A stretch of 61,633 nucleotides of DNA, counting the filler, from Ionaspis alba (Eukaryota): assembly GCA_964255285.1 (NCBI GenBank). It is 3 parts of 3 records of this genome, joined end to end, with 100 filler letters (N's around TTAATTAATTAA, not from the genome) between each part and the next. Parts side by side here need not be neighbours in the genome. Positions count along the whole stretch, not along the records: positions 41,210 to 61,633 come from CAXUUL010000246.1; 2 more parts are not named here. One strand, given 5' to 3'. Below the pieces are notes generated by a model that had not been told where the DNA came from, did not search any database, and saw only the letters and a list, made by a program, of their open reading frames with translations. Shown here piece after piece: positions 48,403 through 60,929 of the stretch. Position 1 is the first letter of the stretch. Every line of letters begins with the position of its first letter. The position numbers and the translations under genes are program-made.

Positions 48403-50689
48403 TCAAATAATCAAATATAGACTACACAAGAAACTCGGCCCTGTGAATATTCCCACCCAAAACAACAAATTGCCTGCCCACCAGCCACCTCTCCCGCCCC
48501 ACCATCTACCCAGTATCACAAGCGGTAACTGCAGCATCTGCATCGCCATAAGATATCCTCTCGCCTTCTTGAAGATACACCACATGACCAGCTCATGGAC
48601 ACAAGCAGACAAGAAAAAAGTGATAAATGTAGCAATGGGTCTAGAAACACGAAAAGCGGAGATGGAAGAGTGGTATACGTGACGCAGCAGAAAGTTGTGC
48701 ACAGGTCGGTTCCAATCACGGGCGAATTGATCCCAGGAGGTGCTGTTCCACCAGTCGGCGTAGAAGCCGCGGTCCGCAAAGAGGGTCAATTCGGCTAGCA
48801 CGTTGAGAATGCATTCCCAGATCAAGTACCACGCCAGCAGGTACTCCATCATAAATGGGAAGAGGAGGTCGCTCAGGACCCAGGGGAATTCCTTCAGCCG
48901 TTCTTGAATCGACATGCCTTGCTCTTTCATATGGAGGGTTGTCATTACCGAAGGGTAGATGTAGGCCTGGCTTACAACGATCATCACGCCGATGACGCCA
49001 AACGTCGCAGCGGTCTTCTCGGCAATGTAGAGCCAGTCGATGTGCTCCTGCCTGGGATACTCCAATTCGTAGACAACGGTCGGTAAGGGGATGTATCCTG
49101 CAAAGTCCTTGATGTTGAGATTCTTTGGGTACACGTTGCTCGTGTCTGAGCATTTGCCTTTCAACTCCTCGTCAAGAGTATCAATTTCCCACTGGATTAT
49201 GCGTTCGAAAGCAGATATTTGTTCTAGGTCTAAGGGGAGTCCTGACTCGATAGCTGCAGAGACGCTAGCGATATCGGATTGCTCTTTCCGTACCTGTTGA
49301 GAGGTCAAGGAGTGCTGTGAGCGTCGACGGCGATGGAGGGTGTCAAGATTCTGCGATTCGAAATAGGAGGAGGCGATTGCCGTAGGTGAAGAGGGTGATT
49401 TAGCGAGGCTCGTTGAATCTTCTTCGACCTCCTCAAGCTGCTTCAGTCTTCTTTCTAGCATTTTTTTACGTTTGTAAAGTCCGGATACTGATACTGTCAA
49501 TTCAGTGACTTCAGGGAGAAGGTTTCTGGGAGTAGTAGCTCACAATAGCCATTATAGAAAGCATAGCTATGCTGCTTCATGAGCATGGCAATGCAATGAA
49601 TCACGATGAAGACGGTATGTGTCCATGGCCAGCTTCGATGGATTGTCCAGCTGATGGTGGCTGCAAGATACAGCGTTTGCCAAATCTGTGACGTTTCAAG
49701 TTAGCGGATACATGGTTGAGTGCATCATTGCGTTTTTCAATTCCCCGAAGAGCGCTCGTTGCGGATTGAAGACTAGAAGATGTTGATACAGCTAAAGAAG
49801 ATTTACCTACATGTTGCATGATCCATCCAGCTCCATTCCAGCTCATCCACCCATTCACGATAACCTTCTGCAATATCAAACAAAACACAGTACTAGCACA
49901 TAACACCCCATCTGTGAGTCCCAAAACAATCACATCTCGATGGAACATCATGGCCAGTATCTGATTAGGTCCGAAAACACTACCATATTGCTTCCAATTA
50001 TTCGCCGCGACCTTGACCAAGAGCAGGAAAATGCTAAGCCAAAACAACGTGAAGAACCCATGAAATGGCGCAGACGCACTGTTGGGGTTTTGACGGTCAA
50101 AGGCAGTGAATTGTCTCGTGAAGACTAGATCACTGAACCTTGACCGTTTCTTCTTGGTTTGCCCCTCAATTTCTCGCTGAACGCCTCGACGGAGGATCTC
50201 TCGTATTTCGGGATCGTCTGCACTAAGTAGGTATTTGCCTTTCGTGCCTGTTCGCTGCAGCTTGATAGGTATGCTTTTTCTTCTTGTACGTTTGCGCTCT
50301 GCTATAGGAGGCGGTGTCCTTATACTTTCGTCTGAGGTCTGCAAAGGGCTCAAGGAGTTGGCATGGCTGTGGAATTGGTGAATTCTCTCGAGTGCAGGCT
50401 CTTTTTGCAGTCCACCCCCTGTACCGCCTTGAACGACAGTACTTGGGTCAAACGATAAGACATCATAGTCATCATCGTCACTAAGTTGTCCAGATGTTGA
50501 CGTATTATGTCCGCTGCTATTGTCGACACTGCCTTCATGGTGAGATGCGGACTCCGATGTGGTTAAGCCAAACTGAGAAGCTTTCAGACGCGCGAGATCG
50601 TCTTGACCGAGATTCACTATTAGCTGGGTTGAGTCGTATGGTGCGGCGTCTGCCGGCGCGGACTCGTTCGTGACGATGGATGGTGCCAT
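48403..50689 (-). CDS. ARE2: Sterol O-acyltransferase, MBOAT family (ARE1/ARE2-like), 3 exons
   Basis: FTRQFTAFDRQN, MKQHSYAFYNG, PTVVYELEYPR, FADRGFYADWWN, WNRPVHNFLLRHVY and catalytic SACVHE. Confidence 0.93.
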
Positions 50690-51141
50690 GGGCGGAAGCC
50701 TGCCGAATTCAAGATCTCGCCTGCCCCGAGGTCTCTGACGTCGTTGCCTGGGATTGTGCTTTAAGGCAAAGATTTTTCTGCAACTCCTTGGAAATGTGTG
50801 TAAGCACGAGCTGTAAAGAAAGGCATATGGGTTTTGACGAGAAAGAAGATTTATCTACATTGGCCTGCGTGGCCACATCCATTTAAGAAGCTTACGGCAG
50901 GATCATCTCAGAACAGTTAAACACAATCACTACGGGCTCGAATGACGTCCGAAGGACCGAAACAAGCCTGAGCATAGAGATCACGGTTGCAAACAAATTT
51001 CGAATTCGCTTTCACTAGAATTCTGCTAGCTACCTACATGGATGGGCACTGATACCCTACGAAATCGAGCATGTATCTCGGACTTTTGGAATATTCCCCG
51101 AACACCCGTAGCACAAATCCCTCATTTACGAGGCTTCCATC

Positions 51142-52211
51142 CTACTCTGCGGTATCGAGTTCGTCGTGTGCCGGAATGGGAGAATCCATGGTGACTAAGA
51201 TAACGTCAGCAACTTGACTAACCAGTTGGCAACTTTCTGTCATACCCTTGCGATCATCTCCATTTGTCCCATTCTCCCTATCATCGTCATCCCGTCTATC
51301 ACGGACATCTTTCATTTCCCTATCACGGTCGTCTGGAGATCTCGATCGATCACGGTCGCGCCTATCGTAACCTCGGTCGCGGCGATCATCCTTACGAGGG
51401 GAGTAGTCGCGGCGACCTCCGCGACGGGGTGATAGGGATCGATCTCGACGAGGGGACCGACGTCCTGATCCACGGTCACCTGGACCACGGTCACGACCAG
51501 AGTCAAATCGCCAGGATGCAGATGGAGGAGTACGAGCCCACTATGAGGGTCTAGTTCAGTACATTGTAGACCTACTGTTTCTGGTTTGACATACCTCGAT
51601 CTTCAGAAGATCGTCTCTACCAATGCGTGTGTTGTGCATCTCATGGTAGGCATCGTCTGCATCGCGCCGGCTCTCATATTCCACAAAAGCAAACCTACTT
51701 GAGGTGTTAACGGGCACCGCGTCGACATGACACCGAGGGATGCCTGAGCAGGTACTCACAGCCGACTCGCAGCACTTCTTGGAGCTGGAATGTCACAACG
51801 CACAAGGCGCCCGTAGCTTGATTGAGAAAGACGTTAGATGTGGCGTTGGAACGAAGGTTTTGGAAGGCTGCTAGCGACAAGATGGGAAATATGTGAGGTA
51901 GGTATCGTGACCGCTGGACGTATGCGATATAGGAGGGAGGTAAGGTAAGGAAGGAAGGATGCGTGGTGCTTCGTTCGCGCTTGGAAGGTATTGTTTAAGG
52001 CATTTCGGTTCTATGCCCACCGGCGACGACGAGGAAGCGCAGGGAGGAGAAGGAGGACGAGGACGAGGAGTAGGAGGAAATATTTCGGAGGGAGCTTCGA
52101 TGATTCGATTCATCGATCGACGTACCGTTCGAACTCGTAGGCCAGTTCGCGAGCGCGTGTACCGTGGCCAAAGCCGGTCACGTAAAGGGTTGTGCCACCG
52201 CCGCGAGACAT
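51142..52211 (-). CDS. SRP1: SR-family splicing factor, Srp1-like (RRM plus RS/RD domain), 5 exons
   Basis: MSRGGGTTLYVTGFGHGTRARELAYEFER|YGRLVRCDIPAPR...|FAFVEYESRRDADDAYHEMH...|WARTPPSASWRFD followed by an RS/RD-rich tail. Confidence 0.9.
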
Positions 52212-52948
52212 AACGATATGCTCTGAATCTGGCTCTTATCAGATGTTACGAGTGTCTTGAACGAGTGACAAAAGTTGAGTGAGATGTGTTAGAGAAGGAA
52301 GTTGAAAGGAAAACTAGTTGGAATGGACCGGATAGTCTAAAGGAGAGGTTATAGCCTCACTCAATTACTTGGCATATTATGACTAAGCGGTGCCATCTAC
52401 TCGAAACAGAAATGACTACCACGACGAACCAGAGGTGAGTGATAAATAATGATTGAAAGGAAGAGTCAATAATTAGCTGCTTGTTCAGCTCAATCCGGGG
52501 AGATTCAGGCGGAGCAAAGGAGTGTTGGTGGTTGACTGGTGAGCCATGGGGGTATGAACTGTCCACATGCTGAAAAGCAAACTCAGCCGCCAAGTCTGTG
52601 TAAGGCTGGGAATAAGTCCCTGGACTCTAGACTTCCTTAATTCCCATGCATGCAAAATCATCCTTTGCGCCCATACATTCATATCCATTCCATGGCCCTC
52701 ACAGTCTTTGACCTTGAGCAAGACTCCTCTCCATCTTTTGGCGCGTCTTTCAGCGACGTCTCCTACGCGTGGTCGATACTACTGTCCTTATCCCACTACC
52801 AGCACTGGGTCTGAGACTCACCCATGATAATTCTATTTTAAGCCCAATACACTCAGATTCTCACGGAAAAACTTGCTTGTCAAGTCACCTACAGCAAGGC
52901 TCTCTGTGACGACTCTTTCTCCACTCTCAACGTCAAGTTCTCCACAAG

Positions 52949-54153
52949 ATGAGTTTGGATCCTCAAAGTGCCGCCCAGATGGCAGACACCGACCCTGAAC
53001 CACTTCCTGCGCCATTGTCACGACTACTCCAGATACGACAAACGATTTCACAACCAGTCTTTGCTGCTTTCATAGCCGGAGGCATTGCAGGAGCCGTATC
53101 ACGCACTGTCGTATCTCCTCTCGAGAGATTGAAAATTCTATTCCAAATTCAAAGTGCCGGAAGAGAAGAATACAAAATGTCCGTGGGTAGAGGTCTGATA
53201 AAGATGTGGAAAGATGAAGGATGGAGAGGATTGATGAGAGGGAACGGGACGAACTGTATACGGATCGTGCCCTACTCCGCCGTGCAATTCGGGAGCTACA
53301 ATTTCTACAAGCGAGTGAGCACACCATTCTGAGACACAAGCAACCCTACTGTTATACATGAATCAGGGAGTAGAATAGGGAGCGTGATTGCTAATCAGAC
53401 ATCCTTTATCAGTTTGTGGAGCAGTCACCAGGTCAAGAACTCACTCCTCTCAGACGGCTGGTCTGTGGAGGTGCAGCTGGCATTACTTCAGTAACTTGCA
53501 CATATCCGTTAGACATCGTCAGAACGCGACTTTCAATACAGTCCGCATCATTCGCCGCGCTCGGTGAAGCGTCTCGGAAAAAGCTGCCTGGCATGTGGTC
53601 GACCATGGTGATGATGTATAAGAACGAAGGCGGTTTCCTTGCATTGTACCGAGGAATCATACCAACGGTAGCTGGAGTGGCACCATATGTAAAGCTCACA
53701 TCCAGAGATGAAGGGGAATTTTCTAGCTGACAGGAATATCTAGGTTGGCCTGAACTTCATGACCTACGAATCCGTGCGGAAGTACTTCACCCCCGATGGC
53801 GATAAGAACCCCTCTGTAGTAAGAAAACTGGCGGCTGGAGCCGTCTCTGGAGCGGTCGCTCAAACTTGCACATACCCTTTGTGAGTGGATCATATCCTTG
53901 CTACATGCATCATGCTGATGGCGTTCGCAGTGATGTTTTGAGAAGACGCTTTCAGATCAACACAATGTCCGGCATGGGATATCAGTACAAGTCGATATGG
54001 GATGCCGTGACTATTATTGTCAGTCAAGAAGGTCTTCGCGGATTGTATAAAGGCATTGTCCCCAACCTTTTGAAGGTTGCACCTAGCATGGCTAGCAGCT
54101 GGCTCAGCTTTGAGCTAGCACGGGACTTCTTGATCGACAAGGGCGACAACTAG
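52949..54153 (+). CDS. Mitochondrial carrier family protein (SLC25A42/YPR011C-like), 4 exons
   Basis: Three carrier signatures: PLERLKILFQ, PLDIVRTRL and PFDVLRRRFQ. Confidence 0.92.
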
Positions 54154-54824
54154 ACTTGCTCGTCACTAGACCGATTCTGCATTGGAGATTCTCTGGCGTC
54201 GTTGGCTGCTTCGCATGCATATCTGGCGTTTGCATAAGGCATTGTGGAGAACAGGGTTCACGACATATTGGGTCTGATGGTGTCGATGATGCAATGGCGG
54301 AAGGTCTGTCATAGGATAGAGCCTCGATACGGCTAGATATTGTGGCATAGAGCCCGGAGAATCTAGAAGTGTACAGGAAATGACAGTCCGTGCATTATAA
54401 TTTGCGTAACCCCGTTTGTGGTCCACGTGAATGAGGCTACGTGAAAGAGAACTCTGACACTCAGATCTCGTCTATAGGGTAGGTCTCTCAAGTAGAATCT
54501 GCAATTGTTGCGGCCTTGTATAGGTCTATCGTCCAAAGGATGATATCCATGCCCAGCCACGGTTCACCGAGCGAGATGTTAGTGGATGAGACAGTGACTA
54601 TGACCGTCGTAAATGTTCATCCGGCCGCGCAATTGTAGGAACAACTACTTTTTTGTATACCATTTATTTTGGCCCCTGCAGTGCTGGCTACTTGAGGAAT
54701 AGCGTTGCAGCCCTAGAATTGCATTAGCGAGCCCACGAGAATCCATCCTAACTAAGCGAAAGCACATTTCAACCTCACTGTCGACATCAAATATTATTGA
54801 ACCCACGACAACGAATTCGCGAAG

Positions 54825-55745
54825 ATGGGTAAGTCACCACATCTGTTCATTGAGGAAGGGCGAGATGTAGCATTGCTCAAACAACCCACCTATGGTGTCG
54901 TGCTGCTGGTGCTGCAAGTTCTGCAGTACAGCAGCGACGAAGTCCCCAACCAGCCTTGATTTTCAAGAACGAATACTGCACATAATCGGAAGAGCTGTTC
55001 ACTGACCTGCATCGTAGGTATCGATCTCGATCGCCATCACGTTCGCGACAGCCATCGTCGGGCGCCAAAGAGTGACAATGTTTATCTCAAGCTCCTAGTC
55101 AAGCTGTACCGCTTCCTGGCTCGTAAGCAGATCTTGCACTCTCCTTCCCTACACAAAACCATTCCGTTTCAGGACCAAAATCTAACCATTGAATTACTCC
55201 TCTTCAGGTCGTACCGACTCCTCCTTCAACAAGGTCGTCCTTCGCCGCCTCTTCATGTCGCGCATCAACCGCCCACCCATGTCCCTCTCCCGCCTCGTTA
55301 GCGTCGGCCACAATCCCAAATCCCCCGAGACCCACGCCGACAAGACATTCGTTGTGGTTGGAACCATCACCGATGACAACCGCCTGCTTGAAGTACCCAA
55401 GCTCTCGATCGCTGCGCTACGATTCACGGCTACTGCACGCGCGAGGATTGAGAAGGCTGGTGGGGAGTGTTTGACGCTCGATCAATTGGCGCTGAGAGCT
55501 CCCACTGGGGCGAATACGCTGTTGTTGAGGGGACCGAAGAATGCGAGGGAGGCGGTTAAGCATTTTGGGTTTGGGCCACATAGTCACAAGGTATGTTACA
55601 CAACAGCGCGATTAGGTGGAATGACCAGATATCGTGAGAAGGTGGAGCCTAACATCGCGGATAATAGAAACCATACGTCGAGAGTAAGGGACGGAAGTTC
55701 GAGAAGGCTCGTGGAAGGAGACGGTCGAGAGGTTTCAAGGTCTAG
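54825..55745 (+). CDS. RPL18: 60S ribosomal protein eL18 (4 exons)
   Basis: [11 protein letters not shown]...[44 protein letters not shown]...|[25 protein letters not shown]. Confidence 0.97.
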
Positions 55746-56260
55746 AGGGTGCTTCGTGACAGATGACTGTACGACAGAAACAAGGGCACAAAGGCAGCTA
55801 GTCTATGTGCAAGCACGAATCTGGTTGCTTTGTGGAGCTCGTTCTAGCTTAGTGAATTGGCTGGGCTCAATGAAATCAAGAACTAAAATTCGACAGTCAA
55901 GTTTTTGACAGATGTCAGGTATGCCCTTGATAACTGAATACATGTGATCTGGTATTTGTCAAAAGTCATAATGTCCACCGCGAGATGATCTACTGCATCG
56001 AGGAGCGCTATTGCTAGCTTACCGGATGTTTGAGATCCACAATTTGAAAGCCTCCGCCCTGCACTTCGTCCAGGCATAACATTACTGATGTCTCTCCGAA
56101 GTGCATTCCACTCATGAAGCGGCTTCCGGAGTCTGCAACTTACCTCGTTTCCCTTAAAAACCCCCGTGAGGCAGTCCCCTCAGCATCCCATTGTTGTGTT
56201 ACTCTCCTTCTTCTCGTTGTGCGGTGGGTACCAACCGCTATACTCTCGTTTTATCGTTCC

Positions 56261-57179
56261 TCACAAAAATTTAGGTCCTGGGATTTTCTGCCAATTTGCA
56301 CCTACTATATCTCCCATCTCTTTTTCTTCCTTTCTCACAATTTCACTTTCTCGGTAAACCCATAGTGCGTGTTCCGATGGTTGGTAGACCTCCGTGCCAG
56401 CTCTGATTGAAACGTCAAAGAACTTTGCCTTCACAGCGGCATGCGTCTGCATAATAAACGGGAACAGTTCTTCAGGGAGCCCTTCCGCTGCCTCTCCCGT
56501 GAAAAGTGGGATTAGAAAATACTCCACATCCCAACACAACCGGTAAGCCAGAACCTTCCCACTTGCTTTGGGTAATCAGGATGTGGATAGAACTGTACAT
56601 TAGACCAACTGCCTCCGGGTCCTCGTACCGGACAAGACGTTCGACAATAAGTGGGGCATATTATCCAAGCACTTGAGCCGGTTCTCAGATACGCTTTTTG
56701 AGCTCCTAGTTCAGGTAGGCAAGATCTCGGGCTTGAAGGGGAGGAATGTACGGATTGGAAGGCGCCGTCCATCTCTTTCGGGGTAGAACATCCCGGAACC
56801 AGCGCCAATGCCGGGGAACAGTACATGAGTTGCTGTATTTGAGGCCCCATTCTGCAAGACGGTTAGATTTTAGGTAAAGCTGTGTCTTGAAGTGAAGATA
56901 GTCTTGGGCGGGAAGGAGTTGCAGAAAGGCTCTTAGGTGATCAACACGCTCCTGTTCTCTTAAGTTCAAAGCTGGTAGAACCTTGATATGTTCGATTGGG
57001 TTGCTTGGAAGGATTGCAATGCTTTTTTCTTTTAAAGGGTCGAAATCCTTAGAATCCTCGGTATACTCTTCGCCCGTTGAAAGCTGAGGGTTGCGTTCTG
57101 TAATCTCAGGTCGTATCAAGGTGTCAAAGGCACCTCTCGGCGTCAGAAGAAAAACAATGTGCCGTAAGATCCCAGTCAT
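56261..57179 (-). pseudogene. Possible degenerate orphan gene (three staggered ORF fragments)
   Basis: Protein-like ORF 56706-57179 overlaps ORFs 56512-56850 and 56261-56539 in other frames, with no clear splice sites reconciling them. No family recognised. Confidence 0.3.
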
Positions 57180-57787
57180 CCCAATGATTAGTGAATAGAG
57201 GAAAACACAATGAAGGTAGATAATTGTAGGTATGTCAGTGGTAGATGATTAATATCTTGCATATGCACACCAGCATTACTATATGCTTAGACGCTACACA
57301 CAGATTCTCAGCAGAGGAAGCGTCTCAAGCCGCAATTTATCTATCCTGGGAAGCTTTGAGATGGACCTTTCGTTCTGACTTGCTTTTAGTCAGGCACAAA
57401 TTCATGAGAGGATATGGGGTTAGTACCAAAGAACAGGTAGCCTGCAAGCATGGAACCCACTTGCAATTGGAGGCGAGCTCAAATGCAGCGGACTGGACCA
57501 GGGACTCACTATTAGAATGTGGTAACCCGGGCCTCGGACGGCCTTGGTGGACATCGCGGATATGTAGTCTTGACTACATCCAACAGCACTACCAGTTGCA
57601 TTGGTGATACGAGTCACATCCTGAAGCTCTTGGCAGTAGATCATTTCGCAAAGATTCGTCCATCTACCTCATCAGCAGTCATGGCTATTGGAGCCTACCG
57701 CTTCCTCGTATCCTTTTTGTCTTCCAGAACGCCAAAAGCCATGCGAGCACATCTTACCTCTCCGAATCCTCGAACTCCGCCCAGCAC

Positions 57788-60342
57788 TTACATCTCAACC
57801 CGCTGAAAGAAATACACATACGCGAACTTCTTCATCTCCTCCACATCCACCGCCTTGACGACCTTCTCGTCATTGAACAGCACCCAAGCCTCTTCGTTCT
57901 CGTCCGGGATATGCTTGCGAATGAAAGCGACGTAATGCCTACCACGCATGCCATTAGCGACCATCTTATGATCGTCGGTTGAAGAGGAGTAATACATACC
58001 CAGCATGAATCGAAGCTCCCTTGTGACAGACAATGCTCTTCAATCTAAACCTCGCCGGTAAAGTCGCACTGCCAGGCACTTCCTTCACGGCGTCTTCTTT
58101 CGCTGCCGGTTCATCATCGCCAAAATCCCCTTGATCATCCGGATGACTGAAGACCCAGTCGAGCGCCCTGTTGACATCACCGCCCGTCTCCTTGAGCGCT
58201 TTCCTAGCCTGCGGCGGAGAGATGCCCATAGCCCCAAGGGTGTCAATGCTTTCCTGGCTGACGCTGGGGGTAGCATTTGCGCTACTGCTGGTGCCACCGA
58301 GATCAAGTGGCGCGTCGATATCTGGATCTTCCATATGCGCGAACAGCCAGTTCATCGCTGCCTCCGCGCCCGCGTTACCCGTCGCATGAAGAGCCTTCTC
58401 GCAGCGCACACGTGGGAAACCCATACCCTCCAGCTGGCTCATTGCGCCTTCGTTCGGCGCGAATGACACTTTGGCTTCTGGCACGTCTTCTGGAAGAAGT
58501 GCTTCGCCGTCTTTGAGGCCGGATGACATGTAGCTATCGAGGTCGAAAGGCGCGTCGTCGACTACAACTGGGACGTCTAGTTTCGTGGGTACCCAGTTGA
58601 CGAGCTCGAACCTACGGGCATTCACGGCGAGGGTTGTGGGGAAAGTTTTGAACAGGGAACGCTTTGTGAACCCGGCTTTGCTTGCGCAAGAAGGGCAGGT
58701 GAGCTCGACCATCTCTGGGGAGGTGAAGATGTCGAGGCATTCTTTGAGAGAGACAGGTTCGAATTCGTCCTTGGGCTTGTCTTTTCCGGGTTCTCCGTTG
58801 GTGTGACCAGGTTTTCTGCGGACGGGGACGGGGATCGAGATGTTGTCTTGTTCGTCGGTACGGTAGCGGACTTTCTTACAGGAGAGACACTGTAGACGTT
58901 GCTCCATCACGAAGCGGAAGGATTGCACAGGGTCGGGGTGAGTGTTAGGGTGTGGGGAGCGGCTGATTAGCTTGAAGAGGTGTAGGAGGAGCTCGAAGGC
59001 ATCTTGTTGGCGCATGGTGGAGAATTCTTCGTGGCCGTGACCGACCAGATGCTTGAGCATGGCTGGAGCTAAGCCTTTCTGGTGGGGAATTTCGGGAGAG
59101 TGTTCATTCGTGATGATGTCGGTGTCTGGGATTGAGTAGCGACCAGACAAGAGTCCATCGGCGAGCTTTCTGAGCTGCGTCTCGAGATCCTCTGCTGGAT
59201 TTTCGACCTCAGCTGCGGTGTCTCTGGGTTGGTAATACCGCTGTTGAAAAGCCGGCAAGGAAAATAAGCACTGGAGAGTACTAGCTAGGTAGCAGCTATT
59301 CCCCAGGTTCTTCAGTCCAGTGAATCCTTCGCCAAAGAGTGGCTTGAGCTCCTTCCCATCTTCCGTAGTCATCGAGAACTCCCATCTCAAGTTCTGCTCG
59401 ATCTGCATTTCCGTAAGACTCTTCTCCGTTTTCTGGCGCTCGGCAATATTGATGCCCCAGTGAGCTAGATGTGCCGCAAGATTTGTGTCAATCCGTTCCT
59501 CGTTGCATTGGTAACAGTAAACATCCGCTGTCCCCTCTGGAGTAATGGATCCTAGTTTCACAGCGACGGCGTGCGAAGTCGCGTCTGCGTGTGCTAAACC
59601 ATGACTATTGCCTCCGACACCACCAAACTGAGCTCGACCGCATCCAAGGTTGCCACATTGGAGGCAAAGCCATAGGTTCTCTTTGAGATCGCAGGAAGAG
59701 CAGTGGCCAAGGTCTGAGATACGTAAGTCCCAAAACATGTAATTCATAAATTTTGCTAGAGCGCGGACCTTGTGATTCAATCTGCCTTGCATCCTCTTGC
59801 ATCAATCCCAAGGTATGCTCGCAAGGGGTAAATTCCTGCTCCCAAGCCTTCACTTCCTGCTGTCTTGCGAACGTGTTCGCCTTCAGTACACCCTCAATAA
59901 CACCCGGTAGTTTCCCAGCGGACGGATCCACATCCTGAACCCCGCATTCGAAGCAGTTGACTAGTATTTTGGTGTCGTGACGGTCCTCCTCTGTCTCTGC
60001 AGCTATAGCAAGCTTCGAGATCTTCTGTGGTGGCTCATCACGCTGGATCTTCTTCCTGGTTCGGCGAATGTTGAGCACGAGGGGATGTTTTGATTTTTGG
60101 CTGTGGAGTAGAGCGTGGTGGCGATCGCCTGTGCAGCCGCCATTGAAACAGTAGAGACAGACGTCAAGGCCGGTAGGGTGATCCTGGGGAAATGGTTAGA
60201 GACAGGTATAGAGGTGGAGAAGCAAATGTGGTCAAGGCACACTCACTATGGAATCAAAACATCTGGTGCAGTCTTCTCGGTACACAGACTGTGCTGGGCC
60301 CGGAGGATGAAGCTCAGGAGAGTTGGTATGCTTACATGACAT
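57788..60342 (-). CDS. UBP14: Ubiquitin carboxyl-terminal hydrolase 14 (USP5/isopeptidase T; ZnF-UBP, two UBA), 4 exons
   Basis: [12 protein letters not shown], Zn[18 protein letters not shown], Cys box [10 protein letters not shown], His box [14 protein letters not shown] and two UBA domains. Confidence 0.96.
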
Positions 60343-60929
60343 TGTAAAATATATTGACGCAATGCTTTGTGTGGTATTCGCTGTAAGAAGGTAATAAAGT
60401 TGCAGAGAAAGCCCAGATATGAAGTAGGTTGCTTTGACGAGCGTTACTGACTCCTCTAGGCTGCAATATTTCTTCACACAAGACTTTACGTATTCGAAAG
60501 TAGACGTGATCAACTAATATCAACCTGTCAGACAAGCACTATGACTGTTGATGGAAACACCTCGGGAGTGCACTCTATACGATCTACGTTCGCGAGGACT
60601 ACCTTAGCACCATATATCTCTGGTCAAATAACATCCTGTTAGGTAAAAAGCATGAGATATATGCTATGTACATTGCGTAACTGTTTGATGGTAAGCTACC
60701 TGCTAGCTCGAACATTCGAAACTTCGCCACAGAGAGAGATGAGTTAGTGGAACGAGGAAAGCAGGAATATCGATGAAGTCGCGAAAGAGCATCACGTGAA
60801 AACAGCCTGATAAGATCACAAAAGAAGCTCGTTGAACTAGCGCTTCACCACGTAACGCCGACTATGAGCCTCCCAGGTCTCCATAAAAATATACAAGAAC
60901 CGCTTGAAGGTCGTATCAGACAATTTTGT

